This document shows positions 36,271 to 46,647 of a DNA stretch of 64,000 nt, piece by piece. The position numbers and the translations under genes were made by a program. Each line of letters begins with the position of its first letter. Position 1 is the first letter of the stretch. Origin of the DNA: Chrysemys picta bellii (lineage: Eukaryota); assembly GCF_011386835.1 (NCBI RefSeq), contig NC_088795.1, positions 30,132,001 to 30,196,000 of the forward strand, read 5' to 3'. The notes beneath the pieces were generated by a model, which saw nothing but the letters and a program-made list of their open reading frames with translations, had not been told where the DNA came from and searched no databases.

Positions 36271-36469
36271 CTGAAAGCCCTGCCGCCAGTGATGTAGGAG
36301 ATTACCTGATCAGAGGTGCAGAGCCTCTGTCTGCAAAATGGAAAGCAACAACAGGGCCAGATAGAGGCTCCAAAACATCTGAAGTTAACATAAATTGTAT
36401 TTGAAAAGACCAAAAGGCCAGGTATTCGGGGGAGGGGGGGACATATGTATCATCAGTGTGCATAGTTGC

Positions 36470-36850
36470 ATTTTGAATTAACATAGGTCTCCGGAAACAT
36501 GTCAGACTTATACACCTGGAAATTGTAGTCCTTTGGTCACAGTTCTGCCCCATGAATATTCCTCTAACTTATTCTGCTGGAGCCACAACCGGGGTGAGAT
36601 GGTAACTCAGTCTTAATGCCCATTCCAGCCTTGGCATCTTTGAGACCACCAATGTGAGTGACATGCTGTGGCAATTTTGATGGTTGTTTTGTCCTGTGGG
36701 TACTTGTTCACTGGGAACTGGATGGAAGTCATTTTACATAGGCCATTCAATAGCCAGCACATAATTATGACTTCAGACACTGCTGACTTTTTAAATATGA
36801 AAGATGAAAGTGCATGTTAATTTATTCATTTCTCTGTGAGAAAAGCTTAA
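36470..36850 (-). mobile_element. LF-SINE, near full length, opposite orientation
   Basis: The reverse complement reads tggctattgaatggcctatgtaaaatga..ccagttcccagtgaacaagt..gatgccaaggctggaatgggc..gagttaccatctcacccc..aggactacaatttccagg. Confidence 0.75.
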
Positions 36851-38049
36851 TCTCCAAGGACTATCTTTATTTCACCATGTGCTACTATATTAAACATTCT
36901 GTCCTCTTATTGTTATAACTGCTCCAATACAGCTCAACTCCCCAATGTACTGCACATGACCAGGTCACCTACTGGAGTAAAGCAATCCTAGAGTATATAC
37001 TTTTTCAGATTTCACAATCTGAACCTGTGGAAGCCCATGGCAATAAAGCATATATGGTTTAATTAAGTTTGCCCAACTGTCTGCCAAAGACCAAATTGCT
37101 TCCATAGCTTCATCCAAAAAGCCTTCAGAATAGCATTGAGCTTCTTTCACAACCTGTTAGCTTATTGATTATGAGCACTATCTTGATTACCTGGATGCAT
37201 TTCCCCAGCTCTTCATCTCTCACCAGCATCTTGTTTCTATTCCCACTGCTGGCAGTTATCTCAGTAAACTCACTCACTTGATAATCAGTGGACTCCATTC
37301 TGATAGGGAAGGGAATGCATATACAAAAATCCATAAGACAGATAAGAAGTAGAGATGGGCCTAAACCATAAAATACACACCTTTATTTTGAACACATCCA
37401 CCAATTCAAAGTGTTCATGAAATATGGAGCCAGTTATTGGATTTCAAATCCTTTGCTTTTCCCTGTTATTAGGAGAGAAATGATTCAAAGTGAATGCCAC
37501 TCAGTGGAAGAGCTCACAAACTCATAGTGTTTCCTTGGAATTATCCCATAGGCAGGAATGGGAGGAGGCATCACTTAAGCTCCATGGAATGACCAAGACC
37601 CAAGATGTTAAAGACCATGGCTGGGATGTTCTTAAAGAGGCCCGGTGTCTTTACAATACTCCCCAACTCTCAATCTCCCTCAGACGCCACTCCATCCTTG
37701 CAGCTGCACATCCCCAAATAAAGAGGAGGGGACTCTTGTATAGACAGAGGCAAGGGTCAGACCCACCCCAGCTCATTCTCCAACAAAAATGACCAATTTT
37801 TATAGAAGTTTCACAGTTTTCCCCATAGCATTTTCCATATTTAACACTTTGGAAGAAAAACATTACTTAAGTGGCTGCCAGAAATATAGAAAGGATATTG
37901 TAGAATTTAAAGGAGAATTTTAAAAATTAACATATCACATTCTGTAAAAACAATCACTCACTCTAAATATGGACTTTGTGACCTTACTAGATTTTTCAAC
38001 ATTCTATATTGTCCTAACTGCTCATGTCACGTTCATATCATCTTTTTAG

Positions 38050-38100
38050 CATCCAACTCGAAACCCACCAGAAAAGGAACAGATGCCTAAAGATAATTAA
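38050..38100 (+). CDS. BANK1: BANK1 last coding exon (stop codon TAA; exon runs to 38105)
   Basis: Acceptor tctttttag|. Reads HPTRNPPEKEQMPKDN* versus recalled human LPARPQVEKEFGFCCKKDH*. A strong donor tggag|gtaaga follows 5 nt after the stop. Confidence 0.8.
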   Translation, partial: HPTRNPPEKEQMPKDN

Positions 38101-39018
38101 TGGAGGTAAGAGCATATATAAATTATTTATTTTTATATAAAACAATTCCTAATAAAGTGCTTCATATCGGTGATGCATGCTCCTAACCATGGAATAGAAG
38201 TGACATCTCAGCCGTAATCCTGGCATCATTACTGCAATAAGCAGAAATGCACATAGTGCTATAGTATGTAGTGTTATGTATTGTACGTTATGGCCCTGAT
38301 TTTTAGTCAGATTTCAGTGTGCCCTCAGTAGTACAGCGGCAGATTTGCACTGAGTCAGAAACACAACTGGCTTGTGTGTGCAATTAAAAAGTGGGTGCAG
38401 TTGTAGGTACAACTAATTGCACCAGCAAAATTAGAGGCTTTGGGGGAATATGTAGTCTGATATACTGAACAGATATATACTATCGTACTATACATATACT
38501 GTCACAAAGGTATTGAATGAAAACCTGTGCTGCATGTAACTAAAAACCATCATAATCCAGATATGAGGTTTATTTCTGATCTTGCTCACATCTGTGTAAA
38601 TCAGTAGTGACTCCATTGAAATGAATGGAGAATGCAAGGGTAAGAATGGTGCAAGATCAGCATTAGGTGAACAGTGTCCCCAAAAGAGGATTGTGTTTGG
38701 TTTTTGCAATGGCAGGTGTGAGCTACCTAGATTGGACAACTAATATATTTTTGTTCATTTCTAGAATCTTTGGAGATTTCTCTAGGTTGCCTGAAAGGGT
38801 TTGCATTTTTGTAGTAGGCTTGTGAACTGTACATCCCGCAAAGCAGTATCCAGAGGCCTTGAGACATGGGAAAGGGTATTCACCAGAAATTAGTGACAAA
38901 CAGTGAAGGCTTTCTATCACTGGGAAAGCTGAGATACTGCTACCCTGAGAAAAATAAGAAAATCAATGTACTTTTGCCCAGTTCTGTGTATAATTCACAA
39001 CTGATAATTTTATGTTTG

Positions 39019-39086
39019 AGAGAGACAAGGGTGGTGAGGAAATATCTTTTATAGGAGCAACTTCTGTTGGTGAGAGAGACAAGCTT
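39019..39086 (-). mobile_element. Penelope-like pLTR remnant (second family)
   Basis: gagagacaagggtggtgaggaaatatcttttat..caacttctgttggtgagagagacaagctt matches a recalled turtle Penelope terminus. It is truncated inside the ribozyme region. Confidence 0.55.
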
Positions 39087-39329
39087 AGCGCTACGAGATG
39101 AGGGATTCCTATGCAGCAGTGGCTCTGGGTCCCCTTATTGCAAAGTGCACCTTTCAGTAAGGGGATTTCAAAGCAGCAGTAGTACTTCATTAACCAGCCT
39201 CTCAGACACAATATAGCACTGAGGGGCACTTTCCCTTTATTAGTGAACATATGTAATGGAATGAAGGGAAGTTAGTATCCTAGCATGAACTTAAAATGCC
39301 TCACCAAGGACCACCACTGACATCAAAGC

Positions 39330-40620
39330 TAGCCACTGAGTTGATACTGGCTCCCTGGGTGCTAGGGACTACATAGTTGTACAGATATATCCTGTAGGAC
39401 CACAGGTACCTCACTTCTATGGCAGAACTAAATCAATGCTGCAAATTATTTTCACGTAAGGGGGGCAACTTTAGACTCTAGCTGGGACACCGTGAGAGAT
39501 GAAAGCTGTCCAAGGAATGCACTCAATCAAGCATTTTCTAGGTGTTCTGGACTCACCCCATCTCTGGCCAGCTTTGCACATTTGTGGGTTACACCTGCAC
39601 TTCCAGCCCCTTGGCAGAACAGGGCAGGTTCAGGTTGCTTGCACCTCTGTATCCTAATTTAGGTGCTCACAGCCTGTGTCTTGTATTCAGAAGTTGCTGG
39701 AACCCAAGGAGTGACCCAAGCCGAAAGTCATTCACTAACAGCGAAATATACAAATATGTAGTAGAAAGTGTGAAGAAGATGGGAGATATCTGAAATGTTT
39801 TTATTGATATGCTGTGTACCTCTTCTATTTGATTGCACCACGTATTAGACAGCATGATAGTAAAGAGTTAACTCAGACTTGGGTGGTTTTACACATCTGC
39901 AGAAAGGCAGACAATGGTTGTAAATCCTTAATACTTGACAAACAATATGGGTGTCAAAAGATGTTGCTCTTTTGTCACTATCCAAGGGGAGCACAACCAC
40001 CCCTAGCTTATGGCAGGACCAGAGCCCTGCAGAGAGAAAGTTTGAAGAAAGAATTTGGAAATTATTAAAAACACTGGCCCTGAAACTGAAGGCAGAGGCA
40101 GGTCTGCAAAAAAAATTGTAATCCAGTCCCCAGGAGAGTGGGTGTAAGGGCTAAATTGGACCTAACTAAGGCTTGCTATGGAAATGCTATGCTTAGATAA
40201 GATGCCATGTGTGTAGACCTTTTGTTGTTCTAACCCTTGCCTGTCTGATCGATTTAGTCCTATGCATGAATACATAATGTTTTGTTTTGAAAAAAATGAT
40301 CAAGATCACTGCCTTTTCATCTAGTCACAGGTTCCTGAATGGAAGCCTGTAGCAGGGGCCAAATATAGTTGGATCTGCTGGGGAAACACAATTGGTAAAC
40401 AGGGGTTTTGTAACCTGGAAACCCAATCTATAAGTGGGACAAATCACAGGATTTCACTCTGAGAAGTGTTGGCACTGGGTCTGGCACTTGGAAGGCTACC
40501 CATGAAGAGACTGAGAGAGAGCTCAGAGATATAACTTATCCTGAAACAATGACAGTGGGGTACAAGAGAATGGCCCTATTATTTTCAAAGGGATTTCCCT
40601 TCACCAGAGAATTTGGAGCC
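39330..40620. mobile_element. Possible old LTR-derived region
   Basis: Composition and several LTR-like motifs only; no termini or TSD identified. Confidence 0.3.
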
Positions 40621-40699
40621 GTCACTGGAAAGTTAACCACTGAGGTTTTTTGCTGTTTCTTTTTACACTATATTCTGTTTGTATGCTGTTTATTTCCAG

Positions 40700-40731
40700 C
40701 ACCACAACTGGTTAATAAAGAGATCACTGAG
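40700..40731 (+). other. Candidate start of the BANK1 non-coding terminal (3' UTR) exon
   Basis: Long pyrimidine tract 40645-40699 ending tatttccag|, AATAAA at 40714-40719, and a possible donor gag|gtaata at 40731. No transcript evidence is available here. Confidence 0.3.
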
Positions 40732-41118
40732 GTAATACAAAGGTATTAATGTAAGGAGACTGTTCACAGAGAAACACTAATTAGCTATCAGCTATAGCCA
40801 TTCAGTAATCTGTCATTTAAATGATGAGAGGATTATGTGTATTTACTACTCCCGTTTTCAGCAGCAGCAGAGTTTGCTGATGGGCTTTGTTAATGAATGT
40901 GACCTTTTTACTTTGGGCATCTCATTATATCCTGTTGGAATATTAACTGCTCTCTCTAGTAGTTCATTGACAACCTATCCTATTGCATATTGTACCTCAA
41001 GGACTCTGTTTTAATCACCAGTTGCTACCTGCACTTTCTTTTCTGTTCCGTATATTGCTTTTAAAACTATTTTAAACATTGTGGAATGATGAGAGTCATT
41101 AGGATTGATTGCTTAGAA

Positions 41119-41428
41119 TAGAGATAGTCAACCTATGGCGCATGTGCCAAAGGCGGCACGCAAGCTGATTTTCAGTGGCACTCACACTGCCCGGGTCCTG
41201 GCCACCGGTCCGGGAGGCTCTGCATTTTAATTTAATTTTAAATTAAGCTTCTTAAACATTTTAAAAACCTTATTTACTTTACATACAACAATAGTTTTGT
41301 TATATATTATAAACTTATAGAAAGTGACCTTCTAAAAACGTTCAAATGTATTACTGGCACACAAAACCGTAAATTAGAGTGAATAAATGAAGACTCGGCA
41401 CACCACCTCTGAAAGGTTGCCGACCCCA
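41119..41428. mobile_element. hAT MITE (uninterrupted copy of the family at 57951)
   Basis: Degenerate TIRs ..caacctatggc / gaaaggttgccgacccc, with flanks GCTTAGAA / ACTTAGAA (7 of 8 match). Confidence 0.85.
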
Positions 41429-41699
41429 ACTTAGAAGATATAGAGATAGATAAATAGAATATTACTGCATTCATAGTCTTCCTGTCAATGCAGTCCTTGG
41501 CCTCTCTTCTGAGATTGCCAACAAGAGCTGAACTGAGACCATCAATTAATTTCACAGAATTTATCAATTACTTTTCCTTCATTCTGGACCTATGGTGAAT
41601 TTGAACCAATTGCCTAGAAATGAAAGTTGCTACAGCCTGTTGCCAGCCCACTGAAGAACCCAGTCCATCTGAACAAGTTAATGAGTTATGTAGCCTTAC

Positions 41700-41960
41700 A
41701 CAGAGAAGAATGATCATGTCATGAAAGCACAGGGCTGAGAGTCAGATCTACATGCTGTTCCTGAAACTGCCACAGTCCTCCTTCAACAAGTCACCTGTGG
41801 CCTGATTTCATGCATGCTGAGCACCAGCAGCTCTTGTTGATGTCAGTGGGGGCTGAGTGTACGCAGAAGCTCTGAAAACTGGAGCATTAATCTCTTGTGC
41901 CTCAGTCTCCCATCTGCAGAATGGGCTAATAATACCTACCTGACAAGGATGGTCAGACTT
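41700..41960 (+). mobile_element. MIR-like SINE split by a short MITE (41795-41886)
   Basis: caagtcac[insert]ttaatctcttgtgcctcagtctcccatctgcagaatggg. Confidence 0.55.
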
Positions 41961-43871
41961 CACTTTAAAATGTTTAAGTTATAGAGGTGAAAAGTATTAC
42001 TATATTTACTGATCTATGATATAATGATACATTAATTGCAGAATTATGTTATAATGAGGAGGAGATAACATACCCTTTTAACTAAAACTAATACTGCATC
42101 TGCCTTCAAAAATAGGCTATTGTAAAGCTCAACTTTAGCCAACAATTACCTTGCAGTGCTATGTGAGTTACTGCACTAAACAAGGGGGAACATTGCAGTA
42201 TACTATATTAGAACCACTGTATGGTAATGGGTGGCACGACCTCATTTCAGACCTTAAAAGTAATCTTAATATGAAGCGCTCTTGAAACTTGCTGTCCTTC
42301 ACTTAAATGAAGGAGGGTGGATTGATAGTGTTCCTGTTGTGTTTCCCGTTAGTGTCAGTGAAACTGATGGATTTCCTGCTCTCTAAAGTGCAATATTCAG
42401 GCTCTTCCTAGATTGGACTGTCAGTCAGTTTCATGAACACTCTGCCACTGCTGCTGCTACAGCACATACGGCAGGGAAGTAACATGGGAGATGGCAGGGA
42501 GACCACCATACGGAGAATAAACGAAAATAGGGGAGACATTCAACATATGGAAGAGAGATGGAAAAGAGACATTACAAGAAAATAGATCTTCCTCCTGAGA
42601 CTAGGTTTCAATCACATTCTAATCTCTTCTCCTCCATGGTGGTGTCACTGCTCCCTCTCTCCTGATAAGAAGGGGATGGTTAAAACATCAATACTTTTTG
42701 AGGCACGAAGATAGAGGCAATCGTTATTCTATCACATTCTTTTCACTAATTTCCAGAGTGTCCGTGGGGAGCAAGGTTGGAGAACAGGTTTGCCAGGAAG
42801 AGTCTACATACCTTACATGGCTGAGGTTGCTGACAGTTAATGTTGGTTGAAGCAATATTTACTTCCGCTCCTTGCTCTGTAAACCCCCTTGGAAAGATCA
42901 CAGACTATAACCATGAAATGGCCAGCCAATGTATTCTACTGCCAATTGCTGGTGTACCGGGAGACTGATGATGATATAAAAAAAGGGGGGGGGGGTGCTG
43001 CTGACTGAGATCCATAAGCTTGGGGCATTATTGTTCTGTGGCCTCTTGCTCTCTGCTTATATTTGCAGCACTTCCGCCTTTGTACACCTGCCAGTGCCAC
43101 ACCTCATGGGAAAGAAAGCACTTCCTCAATGAACACAGCAAAGCACCAAAGTTTTTATATTAGTTCATTCCCTTCCATACCATTTTGCCCAGGAGTAGAA
43201 TGTACAGTATGAGCCAATATCTGTAACAATGCCATTTATTCCCTTTGTTTAGGGTTTTTGAGCCCACATTTCTAAAACTCATCTCTGTGCTCCATCAATA
43301 ATATAGTTTAAAATATGACCTTTTTTTTTTTGACTCACTGCAGCTATAGCTTTTAGCTGCACTTTATCCTGTTTTATTGTTGCTTCTATAATCAAACAGA
43401 GTGTTTATGTGCCTTTTGTGATTAAATGAGCCCTCAGAATTGTCTGGCCACTTCAGTTTATCATGCATTACTCAGCCTGTCTCCATCCAGCTGGCTTCAT
43501 TTCCAGTGTCCCCCAGATCAGTGCTTTCACTTCCACACACCATCATTGCACCGAGAGACTTCTGAAGACATTCATCGCTCTTTCATGCAGTTCCCAGCTG
43601 GATGAAACTTTAAAGATGGGTGCTGAATATGCTATTCTCTACCTCCCTTTGTCCCCAGCTCTTGGGCAGGTCAGTGGGTCCACAAGTGTTCGCTCTGAGT
43701 GCAGAGCTTGGCCTATGGAATCAATATTAAATTCACTCAATCTTTAGGGCTGATAAAACATTGGTATTTAACTGGTTTGTGCAAAGTTAAAGGGCCAAGG
43801 TTAAATCATTCAGCTGTAAAAAGCAGTGACAGAAACAAATTTAAGCACCGTCCCCTATGTAGATATCACAT

Positions 43872-44685
43872 TGTGGGGTGCAATCCCAATCAGTCAGGGT
43901 TGTTTCACCACCTTGTCTGCAACTTGGGTGCCTCACAATGCCTTGCTATTATGGCTCCCAACCTGGGCCTCTCACAAACAGCCGAACAGGATGCAGGTCA
44001 CACCCTGAGTGTCTGTGTATAGCTGCAGTCCTGGTCCAGCCACTCTGACCCCAGCAGCATGTCAGCAACACACCAGCCACAGTCTGGTTTCCAGCAACCA
44101 TGGTTACTACTTCCTGGGTGGCTCACCAAATTCCCAACCCAGGATTTTCCCTAAAAACATGTATTCTCCACTGTCCAGTCCTCTCCTGGACAGTTCAGAT
44201 ATTAGAGGTCCATTGCCCCTATAAATGGGTCAATGTATGACTGCTTGCTACTTTAATTGGCATTACCAAACAATTCAGTTTAAACACAACACTGGATTAG
44301 TTTTGATTAAAGAATAAACCAAGTTTATTTATCAACAACGAGAGAGATTAAGTGAATACAAGTATAAGGTATTAAAATGAGAACTGGTTACAAGAGAAAT
44401 AAAGATAGAACACTTCCTAGTAGCTAAGACTTAAGAAACTAGACTTGGTTCAAGGTAAAATCCTTACCACAGGCTCCCATCTTCATTTCTGATCAAATTT
44501 TCAAGTCAGAATCTCTCACAAAGTCCAAAGCCTGGTTCCTTTGTCTTCTTGGATGAAAGAGAGGAGTTTTTGCCCCTGACTTTTATAGTCCAGTCAACCT
44601 TTGAAGTGCATTTTCCTGAAAGTTACCCATAGATAAACTACCTTCCACTGCAAGGATGGAGGCATGAAGTTTCTCTGTAAAAGAG
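43872..44685 (+). mobile_element. Gypsy-type LTR, truncated by the DIRS insertion
   Basis: Starts TGTGGGGTGCAATCC and matches a recalled common turtle LTR (caatgccttgct..ggctcccaacctggg..gcaggtcacaccctgagtgtctgtg). Confidence 0.7.
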
Positions 44686-46531
44686 GTTCTTCTTCGAGTG
44701 ATTGCTCATGTGTATTCCACTATAGGTGTGTGTGCTCGCCACGTGCACCGGTGCCGGAAGTTTTTCCCTTAGCAGTACCCGTAGTGGGAGAGCACCGCTG
44801 CGACCCCTGGAGTGGCACCGACATATCGCGCCATAAAGGGGGCTGCGTGCTCCCCCCACCCTCAGTTCCTTCTTGCCGCCAGTGAAGGTAGTCGGAACTT
44901 GCTCCAGCTTAGCTGCAGCTCTTCTAGCCTTAGTGGACTGCAGATCTTCCCCTACCTAGACGACTGACTGCTCAAGGGCCGGTCTCGGTCTCTGGTGCAG
45001 CAGCAGACGAGCTTCCTGCTAGGCACCTGCGGGGCGCTAGGTCTTCTGGTAAACGAGGAGAAATCCACGTTGATCCCGGTTCAGCGCATAACCTTTATAG
45101 GGGTGCTGCTAGATTGCCAGGGGGCCACGGCCTCCCTCCCACGGGACAGATTCGAGACGCTCACAGCACTGATCGCAGGGGTCACAGCCTTTCTGGTAAC
45201 CACGGCACGGGTGTGCCTGCAAATCCTAGGCCACATAGCAGCATGCACCTATGTGGTGCGACATGCCAGGCTCCGAATGAGGCCCCTCCAGCTTTAGCTG
45301 GCCTCCCGGTACTCCCAGGCCAGGGACGGTCTGGACAAGGTTGTCACGGTGCCACCCAGGGTGGTGGCAGACCTTCAATGGTGGACCCACCCGAGCAACA
45401 TGCTCCAGGGTATTCCCTTCTGAGAGCCGCCCCCCTCTCTAGATCTGGTGTCAGATGCCTCGGACCTGGGCTGGGGAGCCCACGTGGGGATTTTCAGGAT
45501 CCAGGGTATGTGGTCTTCCGAGGAGCTGACCCTGCACATAAATGTCAGGGAGCTCAGGGCCGTACGCCTAGCGTGCAGGGCCTTTTTCCAGCACGTGCAC
45601 AAGAAGGTAGTTAGAGTCCTCACGGACAACATGACTGTCATGTATTACATCAACAAGCAGGGGGGCACGCACTCCCGGACCTTATGCCAGGAAGCCCAGC
45701 TCCTGTGGGAGTTCTGTATAGCGCACAACATACTTGTGTGGGCCTTCTACCTGCCCGGCAAGAGCAACACGCTCGCGGACCGCCTGAGCAGGGTGTTCTC
45801 CCAGCAGCACGAGTGGTCCCTGCACAGGGAGGTAGCCAGGGGGATCTTCCTATAGTGGGGTACTCCCCATGTAGACTTGTTCACCACCACCCAGAATTGG
45901 CAGTGTCCTCGGTTCTGCTCCAGAGCAGAGTGGGTGATGTGGAAATACTGGATGGGTTCCTGCTCCCATGGTCGGGGGCCCTGTTGTACGCCTTCCCGCC
46001 CTTTTCCCTAATAGGCAGGGTCCTCCAGAAGGTGAAATCAGACGGGGCGAGGGTTATCCTCATAGCCCCAGATTGGGCCCGTCAGCATTGGTACGGGACC
46101 CTACTGCAACTCTTAGCGGCCCCGCCTCGCAGGCTGCCGCTCCGCCCGGACCTCCTCTCCCAGGAGGAGGGTCATCTCCTCCATCCCAACCTAGCCGCGC
46201 TTCACCTGACAGCGTGGCTGCTCCTTGACTGACCAAGGAGGAACGCAGGTGTTCTGTGGAGGTAAGATCGGTCCTGCTGGAGAGTAGGAAGCCCTCCACG
46301 CGTCGAACCTACCTCGCTAAATGGTATAGGTTCTCTATGTGGGCGAGGGAAAGAGGTTCCTCTCCCTCTTCCGCGTCTATCCAGCTTGTCCTTGATTACC
46401 TCCTGTCCCTTAGGACCCAAGGCCCAAGGTTCTCCCACCACATGACTTCCAGGTTTTTGAGGGGTTTGGACAGGGTGTTCCCTTACGCTAGACCCCCTGT
46501 TCCATCTTGGGATCTGAACCTGGTGCTGTCA
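44686..46531 (+). mobile_element. Internally deleted DIRS1-like retrotransposon (ITR, partial RT, RNase H, methyltransferase-like domain, partial tyrosine recombinase)
   Basis: Left end gttcttcttcgagtg. RT IFPYLDD*L (44944) and NEEKSTL; RNase H SDASDLGWGAH, INVRELRAV, TDNMTVMYYINKQGG, ADRLSR; MT-like WGTPHVDLF and LLYAFPPFSLI; recombinase SRKPSTRRTYLAKW and VPSWDLNLVL. Stops at 44965, 45295, 45421 and 45853, and a frameshift near 45930. Confidence 0.95.
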
Positions 46532-46647
46532 CAATTACAACACTGTAAAATTTCAGATTTATATAGCTGAAATCATGAAATTTATGATGATTAAAATCCT
46601 GTGACCCTGAAATTGACCAAAATGGACTGTAATTTGGTAGGGCCCTA
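46531..46647. mobile_element. Terminal fragment of a DNA transposon
   Basis: acaattacaacac..aaattgaccaaaatggac..ttggtagggcccta is a recalled turtle DNA-element end. It is fused directly to the truncated DIRS. Confidence 0.55.

Noticed and set aside
35969-37334. Apparent Polinton/adintovirus major capsid relic on the minus strand (motifs like FKKSAVS, PKDYNF, GALLSDRMV); also short parvovirus-, rhabdovirus- and pneumovirus-like matches
   Set aside because: At the nucleotide level 35995-36270 and 36470-36850 are LF-SINE copies, so the best protein motifs are chance translations of SINE DNA stitched across frames. A BLASTX after masking would settle the remainder.
35945-37493. 14-bp direct repeat ATGATTCAAAGTGA (35945-35958 and 37480-37493) as a possible TSD of a 1.5-kb retrocopy
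   Set aside because: The enclosed DNA is a mix of independent old SINEs and other sequence with no poly(A) end, and a few 14-mer matches are expected by chance in 64 kb.
42964-43008. C/D box snoRNA (TGATGA..CTGA)
   Set aside because: It is too short, has no terminal stem, and the interior is an A/G homopolymer run.
44965-45855. APOBEC-type G-to-A hypermutation of the DIRS element
   Set aside because: Only two of four stops derive from Trp codons; the others fit C-to-T changes. A consensus alignment would be needed to claim strand-biased editing.
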